The notes under the pieces were generated by a model that was not told the origin of the DNA, searched no databases, and saw only the letters and a program-made list of their open reading frames with translations. The position numbers were made by a program, and so were the translations under genes. Positions 24,774 through 30,246 of a stretch of 30,246 nt of DNA are shown here, in pieces. Source of the stretch: a virus (lineage: Duplodnaviria > Caudoviricetes); IMG/VR virus record IMGVR_UViG_3300049781_000020, positions 1 to 30,246 of that record. The stretch is one strand, 5' to 3'. Positions within the stretch are counted from its first letter, which is position 1. Each line of letters begins with the position of its first letter.

Positions 24774-25628
24774 TCAGTGCAGGGCTTCGATGGCGCGGAG
24801 GACCAGGGCCCGGGCGTCAGCGCCGTACACGGCCATGCCCCGCAGCTCCTCGAACGCACGGGCGTACAGGCTGATCTCGGTGGGCTGGGTGATCCGCACG
24901 CGGGCGGAGACCAGCTCGACGGAGACGAGCCGGTCGTCGTACATGTGGAACGTCTCGCGCGGCCACTGCCGTCGCTCGGTGGTGGCCATGGGGATGATGC
25001 CGAGGGAGACCTGCGGTAGCGCGCCGGCGGTGAGGAGGTGGCCGAGCTGCGCGGCCATCGCGTCCTGGTCGCACACCTGGTGACGGAGCGCTGCTTCCTC
25101 GACGGCGAAGACGAAGGTGCGCCCCGGCTGGTGGATGATCCGGGAGCGGTCGACTCTGGCGCGGGCAGCCTCGGCGCTGTCGTCGACGGGGACGTCCCGG
25201 AAGCGGGCGCTGATGCCGAGGATGCCGGCGGCGTAACCCTCGGTCTGCAGGAGGCCGGGGACGAGGGAGCCGGAGTAGACCCGGAAGTGCCGGGTGTCCT
25301 GGAACAGCTTGGGCTCGCGGCCCTGCAGAGCCGCGAGGCCTTCACGTACCTGGGTGCGCCATTCGGTGTACATGGACTCGGCGTGCAGGGACTGGGAGAT
25401 CAGGTCGTCGACCTGGTTCAGCGCGTCGCACGCGCGGCACCACAGGCGGATGTCCGTGGCGGTCGGAGCGGTGCGGGCGTTCTCGATGCGGGAGGTCTTG
25501 GCGTGGTGCCAGCCGCACCGATCGGCCAGCCCAGTGATGGTCAGCCCTGCGGTCCGGCGCATGTCTCGCAGACGCTGGGCCACGACCTCACGCGCGGCCT
25601 GCGCCGAGGACGATGGGGAGAGGGGCAT
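24774..25628 (-). CDS. XRE-family HTH regulator with C-terminal DUF5753 domain (WhiJ/Scr1-like, 284 aa)
   Basis: RLRDMRRTAGLT...LADRCGW...SRIENA HTH; VPGLLQTEGYA, EEAALR, MAAQLGHL, LGIIP, Y.RAFEEL. Confidence 0.9.
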   Translation of the reverse strand: MPLSPSSSAQAAREVVAQRLRDMRRTAGLTITGLADRCGWHHAKTSRIENARTAPTATDIRLWCRACDALNQVDDLISQSLHAESMYTEWRTQVREGLAALQGREPKLFQDTRHFRVYSGSLVPGLLQTEGYAAGILGISARFRDVPVDDSAEAARARVDRSRIIHQPGRTFVFAVEEAALRHQVCDQDAMAAQLGHLLTAGALPQVSLGIIPMATTERRQWPRETFHMYDDRLVSVELVSARVRITQPTEISLYARAFEELRGMAVYGADARALVLRAIEALH

Positions 25629-25654
25629 GGGCTGGCCTGTCCGGTGCGTGCTGG

Positions 25655-26185
25655 TCAGTGGATCTCGTACTGGTCGTGCGGTGTGGCCCGGGCCCAGACC
25701 TCCTCGAACGCGGCCGAGCACAGCTTGGCGGCTGCCGGGTCGTCGGTGACTTCCGGACCGAGGCTGCGGCCGTCGCCGTCGAAGTGGTTCCACCTCACCA
25801 GCTGGTCGTCGAACAACCAGAAGTCGTTGCCCGGCAGAGCGATGTCGCTCGCCTGCCGGCGGGGCAGCCAGCGCACCAGCTCGCCCGCGGCGACGTTCGT
25901 GAAGGTCGTGTCGTACAGGTAGCGGGTGTACTCGGTGACCGGCTCAGACACGATGCGTGCCCGGCGGATGGTGACGCCGCGGGCTACCGTCTCCTCGACC
26001 AGGTCGAGCCAGGGCCGCCACCAGGAGGTGCGGTCGGCCGGGTCGTGGCGGAACCCGCCGCGCCAGTCCGCGAAGGGCCCGGCCTCGTAGTCGACCGCGT
26101 AGCTGTCGCGCATCTCCAGATGGACGGCGGTGCGGGTGGCACCGGCCAGCAGGTCAGCGAACGACGCCGGCACGTTCGAGCGCAT
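25655..26185 (-). CDS. DUF6879-family protein (176 aa)
   Basis: AVHLEMRDSY, RRARIVSEPVTEY, NVAAGELVRWLPR, DFWLFDD..V...HF, WARATPH. Confidence 0.85.
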   Translation of the reverse strand: MRSNVPASFADLLAGATRTAVHLEMRDSYAVDYEAGPFADWRGGFRHDPADRTSWWRPWLDLVEETVARGVTIRRARIVSEPVTEYTRYLYDTTFTNVAAGELVRWLPRRQASDIALPGNDFWLFDDQLVRWNHFDGDGRSLGPEVTDDPAAAKLCSAAFEEVWARATPHDQYEIH

Positions 26186-26417
26186 CGCACGCCTCCCTGA
26201 TCATTGTCACCATCCTGGCGGGGATCCGGATGACGCCCTCGTTGTCGGGGATGCCGACGGCGTGCCCGGGCACCGTGAACGCGGCGCACTCGGCCATGGT
26301 CTCCTCGTCGGGCAGCCATCCCTGCAGCACGAGTTCCTGCCGCCTCTCGTCGACCCAGACTGTGGGGCTTTCCTCGTCCCCGGTGTTCGGGTCGATGCCG
26401 ATGAACGTTAACGACAT
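26154..26417 (-). CDS. Small partner protein upstream of DUF6879 (87 aa); TTA at codon 3
   Basis: GGAGG RBS; LTFIGIDP...SPTVWVD...LVLQGW...EGVIRIP; ATG TCG TTA ACG. Confidence 0.8.
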   Translation of the reverse strand: MSLTFIGIDPNTGDEESPTVWVDERRQELVLQGWLPDEETMAECAAFTVPGHAVGIPDNEGVIRIPARMVTMIREACDALERAGVVR

Positions 26418-26436
26418 GGTCGCCTCCGACGCTCGC

Positions 26437-26574
26437 TGTGTGCAGGACTGTGCGCCACGGTCACCCGCCTGGGGCGCCGGGTCAAGGGCACCATCAGGCC
26501 ATCAGACCCGGATGCGTGAATGCATGCACAGATCTGCACATCGCTGGCAGTGCTGCACATCACACTCCTAGCGT
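26437..26574. promoter_or_regulatory. Divergent promoter region with TGCACA repeats
   Basis: Leftward TTGACC (26485-26480)-17nt-GACCGT (26462-26457); rightward -10 TAGCGT (26569-26574); TGCACA at 26525, 26535, 26554 and inverted CGCACA-gtcc-TGCACA at 26454-26439. Confidence 0.55.
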
Positions 26575-26639
26575 CGGGCAAGACGAACCCCGGCGAGGCG
26601 GGCGGCCTCCCGGGGTGTGGCCGACTGGATGGAGTCGAC

Positions 26640-26843
26640 ATGCCAGAGACTACGCACCCCCCGCAGGACAGCGACAGTGCACCGCGGGTCATCGGCTGGT
26701 GCGCCTGGCACGAGGACATCGCCGAAGGCGTCCGAGTCATCCAGGTCGACGAGCAGGGCTCCGGCTCCGGCGGTGTCCGCCGAGCCTGCCCGCCGTGCAT
26801 CGACACCCACGGCCTGGTCCCGTTCACCGAGCGGTCCCTCTGA
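26640..26843 (+). CDS. Small CxWH...CxxC zinc-binding protein (67 aa)
   Basis: GGAG RBS; GWCAWH...DEQGSG...ACPPC. Confidence 0.75.
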   Translation: MPETTHPPQDSDSAPRVIGWCAWHEDIAEGVRVIQVDEQGSGSGGVRRACPPCIDTHGLVPFTERSL

Positions 26844-27025
26844 TGGCCGCCGCAGACACCCCCACCAAGGGCGGCTACTGCTCGTGGCACAACCAGGTCG
26901 AGGACAACGTGCAGCGCATCCAGCTCAGCGAGGCAGGCAGCGGCGGCAAGGCGCACTACGCCTGCATCCACTGCATCCGCATCTGGAAACTCACCCCCTA
27001 CGAGGATGAGGACCAGGACCAGTGA
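26843..27025 (+). CDS. Paralogous CxWH...CxxC zinc-binding protein (60 aa)
   Basis: TGATG coupling; GYCSWH...SEAGSG...YACIHC. Confidence 0.72.
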   Translation: MAAADTPTKGGYCSWHNQVEDNVQRIQLSEAGSGGKAHYACIHCIRIWKLTPYEDEDQDQ

Positions 27026-27300
27026 GCATGGCCCTACCTGACGCGGCCGGCCTATCCCGGGCCGTCTACTCCGGCTGGGCCTGCGTCTTCTGTGGCGCCT
27101 CCCTCGCGACGACGGGCGGTGTCTCGGCCGGCCGTGCTGAGGGGCACTCCGGTGTCCACGATCTCAGCATCGAGGTCTTCGCCTGCCCACCTCTGTCGGG
27201 CTGCGGGCCAGCACGCCTCACCCAGACTCCCGCCCTCCACCAACGGGCGGGCCAGACGCCTCCACCCGGAGGCGACGTCCACCACAGGAGGACATTGTGA
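27022..27300 (+). CDS. Small zinc-finger-like protein (92 aa)
   Basis: GTGA overlaps at both ends; GWACVFCGASL...VFACPPLSGC. Confidence 0.72.
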   Translation: MSMALPDAAGLSRAVYSGWACVFCGASLATTGGVSAGRAEGHSGVHDLSIEVFACPPLSGCGPARLTQTPALHQRAGQTPPPGGDVHHRRTL

Positions 27301-27770
27301 CCATCGCGTTAGAGCGTCCCGTGGGCACCACCGACCCGGCCACCCTCGTCGATCCCGAGGTGACCGAGCGGCTCGCCCGCCGGATCACCACCGACCACCC
27401 GGAGATCAGCGAGCCGACCGCGCGGCGCATCGTCGGCCAGGCCGCCGGCTTCATCGCCGCCTCCGGCCAGCAGCCCGGCCAGTCCCTCGCCCCCAGCGAG
27501 CTCGTCGACTACGGCTGGCACGCGTTCATCCTGCACACCGTCGACTACGCCGCGTTCTGCGAGCGGATCGCCGGTGGCTTCGTCCACCACGTCCCCACGG
27601 ACGAGGGCGACGAGATGCCGGGCGGGGCGCAGGCCGCCCGTGAGCGGACCCTCGCCGCCATCACGGCCGCCGGGTACACCGTGGACGAGGAGCTGTGGCC
27701 GGACATGGCCGACTGCACCCAGTGCCACGCCGGGTGCACCGACAGCCCCAACAGCGGCAAGGGGAAGTAG
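27297..27770 (+). CDS. GRDP/DUF1399-like protein with Cys-rich C-terminal tail (157 aa); TTA at codon 5
   Basis: AGGAGGA RBS; PSELVDYGWHAFILHT.DY..FC...FVHHVP motif; C-terminal CTQCHAGCTDSP. Confidence 0.75.
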   Translation: MTIALERPVGTTDPATLVDPEVTERLARRITTDHPEISEPTARRIVGQAAGFIAASGQQPGQSLAPSELVDYGWHAFILHTVDYAAFCERIAGGFVHHVPTDEGDEMPGGAQAARERTLAAITAAGYTVDEELWPDMADCTQCHAGCTDSPNSGKGK

Positions 27771-27852
27771 CACACCGCACCACGCCCACCGTGCAAGACT
27801 CCAGCCGTCCGGCGTTGCGGCCGGGCGGCTGGCCCTATGAGCGGAGCACCAC

Positions 27853-28521
27853 GTGACAGACACGGCGATCGCCTGGGACACCTACTCCCGGCAGCGCCCC
27901 GAGCGCCGGCCGACGAACGCCCGCGGTGAGAGGACCTGGTTCAACTGGACCCAGTACCCCGACCACGGCCCGGGCGCGGAACTCCTCGAGGTCCCGGCGG
28001 GCGCCCGGGTCCTTGACCTCGGGTGCGGGAAGGGCGGCAACGCCGCGCACCTGGCGGCGCTCGGCCACTGCGCGGTCGGCGTCGACGTGTCGTCGAAGCA
28101 GCTGGCCGCCGCGCGCGAGCGGTGGGGCCAGGCGTCGGGGCTGAACCTGCGCCAGGTGGAGGCCGTCAACTTCCTGCGTGAGGACCGGGACGGCTTCGAC
28201 GCCGTGTACTCGGTGTACGGCGCGGTCTGGTTCACCGACCCGGCCCGGCTGCTGCCCGCGATCCGTGAGCGGCTGCGCCCGGGCGGTCGGCTGGTGTTCT
28301 CGCAGCGCCCGCCGGTCGAGGGCTGCTACGGCTGCCAGGCGTCGTACATCCCGCGCGGCGCCGACGAGGACCCGCTCATCGTGAAGCGCTGGGACTACGA
28401 GCCGGACTGGTGGGAGCGCACGCTGAAGGAGTACGGCTTCACTGACGTGACTGCCGACGTGCTCGCCGCGCCCCCGGGGAAGCGGACGACGGGCACCCTC
28501 ATCGTCCGGGCGCGCGCCTGA
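27853..28521 (+). CDS. Class I SAM-dependent methyltransferase (222 aa)
   Basis: VLDLGCGKG motif I, GVDVS motif II, FDAVYS, LRPGGRLVF. Confidence 0.92.
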   Translation: MTDTAIAWDTYSRQRPERRPTNARGERTWFNWTQYPDHGPGAELLEVPAGARVLDLGCGKGGNAAHLAALGHCAVGVDVSSKQLAAARERWGQASGLNLRQVEAVNFLREDRDGFDAVYSVYGAVWFTDPARLLPAIRERLRPGGRLVFSQRPPVEGCYGCQASYIPRGADEDPLIVKRWDYEPDWWERTLKEYGFTDVTADVLAAPPGKRTTGTLIVRARA

Positions 28522-28534
28522 ACGGTCCCCCGAC

Positions 28535-28574
28535 GCGGCCCCGGACAGCGACCTCAACCGCCGTCCGGGGCCGC
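28535..28574. terminator. Hairpin after methyltransferase
   Basis: GCGGCCCCGGAC (28535-28546) and GTCCGGGGCCGC (28563-28574). Confidence 0.6.
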
Positions 28575-28598
28575 TACGTATCTGCCTACGATGCGGCC

Positions 28599-29168
28599 AT
28601 GGGTCCGATTGACTGGGGGGACGCCCCCACTTGGATAGCCGGCTTGTTTGCCGCCGCAGCCGCCTACTATGCGCGTGGCACGATGCGCAGCCAGCAGAAG
28701 CAAATCGCAGAGCAGCGCGACTTCATCGCAGAGCAGTCAGCGAACCTGCGCCTTGAGCGAGACCAACTGCAGGCGCAGCTGGCGGACCGGCGAAGTGAAC
28801 AGGCCCGGCACATCCGTTTGCACCGCAGAGCTGAGGGAGCGGAACTCAACGACGAGACGGGTGAGTTTGAGAACGCTGACTACTGGGTCGTCACCGTGCA
28901 CAACACGAGCGACTCCCCGATCTACGACGTTGAGGCGGCCTTCGGAGACCACGCTGCTCGGTGGGTATCGACTGAGGACAGGTCGGGTGGAGGAACGGTT
29001 CAGGTGCTCGGCAGGGACCAAACCGCAGCGTTCACATCACCCCGTTTCGCGCCGGTGCGGCTGATGAGCTCACAGCCTTCCGTGCGCTTTCGCGATGCTG
29101 ACGGGCTCTGGTGGCGGCTACTTCATGACGAACGTCTGGAGGAGACTTCAGCACCGGCTGGCACGTGA
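28599..29168 (+). CDS. Moron-like membrane-anchored coiled-coil protein (189 aa), probably leaderless
   Basis: DWGDAPTWIAGLFAAAAAYYA TM, Gln-rich coil, VTVHNTSDSPIYDV...FRDADGLWWR domain; many A/T third positions; TACGAT 6 nt before ATG. Confidence 0.8.
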   Translation: MGPIDWGDAPTWIAGLFAAAAAYYARGTMRSQQKQIAEQRDFIAEQSANLRLERDQLQAQLADRRSEQARHIRLHRRAEGAELNDETGEFENADYWVVTVHNTSDSPIYDVEAAFGDHAARWVSTEDRSGGGTVQVLGRDQTAAFTSPRFAPVRLMSSQPSVRFRDADGLWWRLLHDERLEETSAPAGT

Positions 29169-29320
29169 GCAGTCCGCTATCCACGGGGGCACCAGGAGAA
29201 TTCCGCCTCTACCTTGGATTCGAAGGCGACCACACGCGACGACGAATCGGTCTATAAAAGTGCAGGTCAGATGGGTTATCACGGGGCTGCGTAAGAACCT
29301 TTGAGCAAGATCACTCTAGA

Positions 29321-29370
29321 GGCGTCACAACGCAATATTGGGGTTGCCGCTGCCGGTGCCGCCGCTGACG
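29321..29370. mobile_element. Prophage-host junction (attL/attR); crossover near TT 29344-29345
   Basis: Minus strand reads GGC ACC GGC AGC GGC AA|C CCC AAT ATT GCG TTG TGA where an intact Walker A needs GGC AAG AC(N); GC content drops at this point. Confidence 0.82.
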
Positions 29371-30246
29371 AGGAAGGACAGCCGGGCCCGCAGAAGAGCG
29401 CGCAGCACGCGGTCACCGCCGGGCGGCACGGTGCCCGCCGCCGTCAGCTCGTCGAGGTTGAAGGCGCGCGGCCGTACCACCCGCAGCGACAGGCAGGTGC
29501 AGTCGACGGCGACCGGTGGCAGCACCGCGTGCAGCCGGGTGCCGTCGGGCAGCCTGGCGTCCACCCAGGGCCGGGCGTCGTCGAGCCGGCGCCCGGCGAC
29601 GGTGGCGAGGCGCTGCGCGAGCCGCCGGACCGCGCCCGCGTCGGGGAAGGAGACCGGCGCCAGCTCCAGGCCGCCGCCCCGGTCCACCCAGACCCGGTCC
29701 GGGGCGGACACCAGTACGTCGGTCACCGAGGGGTCGGCGAGCAGCGGTTCGAGTGGCCCGCTGCCGACCAGCTCCGACCTGAGCTGCTCGGCGGCACCGA
29801 GCACCTCGGCGTCCCCCAGCACCCGGCCCTGCTCCCGCAGTGCCTGCGCCACCCGCGCGGGCGTCGGTTCCGCCCCGCTCTCGGCGAGCCACCGCCGCAC
29901 ACCGTCGAGCATCCCGGGTGCGGCGCCCGGACTCCTCTGCGCGACCGTCACCGGAGACCGCGCGGAATCCCGCGCCCGAGCCCGAGCCCATCCGGAGGCG
30001 GACCCCGGCGATCCGCCGGAGCCCGGTCGCAACGATCCGCCGGAGCCCGAGCCCGGCGATCCGCCGGATGCCGGCCCCAGCGATCCGCCGGGTGCCGGCC
30101 CCAGCGATGCCCCGGAGGTCCGGCGCCCGACCCCTCCGGCCGTCGAGCCCCCAGGCGATACGGCGGACGGCCGGACCACCCAGCCCGGAACCACCCTCGC
30201 GGTCGTCCCGTCGGGCGTCCCCGGGCCTGGGCGCCCCGTCCTCCTC
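29325..30246 (-). pseudogene. tadA: 5' part of host Tad-pilus/CpaF-family ATPase gene, interrupted in Walker A (start uncertain: 29912, 29951 or further upstream; frame open to window edge)
   Basis: GPLEPLLADPSVTDVLV, GRRLDDARPWVDARLPDGTRLHAVLPPVA, LSLR, FLVSGGTGSG then element-derived NPNIAL-stop. Confidence 0.9.
29990..30116. repeat. Degenerate 24-bp tandem repeat (~5 copies) in host DNA
   Basis: CGATCCGCCGG cores at 30009, 30033, 30057, 30081, degenerate at 30105; encodes GGS(P/L)-type octapeptides in the tadA frame. Confidence 0.75.

Larger units (their letters stand above)
1..29345 (+). mobile_element. Integrated temperate siphovirus prophage (left end outside window) carrying a TraB/Spd-type transfer module
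   Basis: Contiguous, syntenic terminase-portal-protease-capsid-neck-tail-tape measure-lysis genes on + strand; right boundary is the abrupt truncation of a host tadA/cpaF ORF at 29344-29345. Confidence 0.93.

Noticed and set aside
27714-27728. CTQCH as a c-type cytochrome CxxCH haem-attachment motif
   Set aside because: No signal peptide or TM anchor, and it is part of a longer C-terminal CxxCHxxC cluster; metal binding is more plausible
27853-28521. DNA methyltransferase of a restriction-modification system
   Set aside because: No DPPY/NPPY or PC catalytic motif; size and motifs fit a small-molecule or protein methyltransferase
29990-30116. 24-bp repeats as a CRISPR array
   Set aside because: Units are contiguous with no unique spacers, and there are no cas genes
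1-30246. tRNA/rRNA genes, integrase, reverse transcriptase/DGR, IS elements
   Set aside because: None recognisable by eye; the integrase is presumably beyond the left edge of the window

Overview
High-GC actinobacterial (Streptomyces-like) DNA. About 1-29345 is the right-hand ~29 kb of an integrated temperate siphovirus. The last ~900 bp is host DNA: the 5' part of a tadA/cpaF (Tad-pilus ATPase) gene, cut exactly at its Walker A lysine codon by the element. Left to right the element carries: (i) a Streptomyces plasmid/AICE-type transfer block (Spd-like membrane proteins, a TraB-like FtsK/SpoIIIE translocase, a candidate clt repeat region); (ii) a small HTH gene and a probable late promoter; (iii) HNH, P-loop protein, a structured cos-like region, terminases, HK97-type portal/protease/capsid, neck and tail genes with a -1 frameshifted chaperone, tape measure and tail-tip genes; (iv) a four-gene lysis cassette; (v) a divergent accessory module (small protein-DUF6879-XRE/DUF5753 versus three Cys/His zinc-binding miniproteins, a GRDP/DUF1399-like protein and a SAM methyltransferase); (vi) a leaderless moron-like gene. 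Integrase, repressor and replication genes are not in the window. The most notable points are the phage/conjugative hybrid layout, integration into the catalytic codon of tadA, and apparent links to host development (tandem BldD-like boxes in the cos-like region, 5' TTA codons in the accessory module). Family names come from motif recognition by eye, not database searches.
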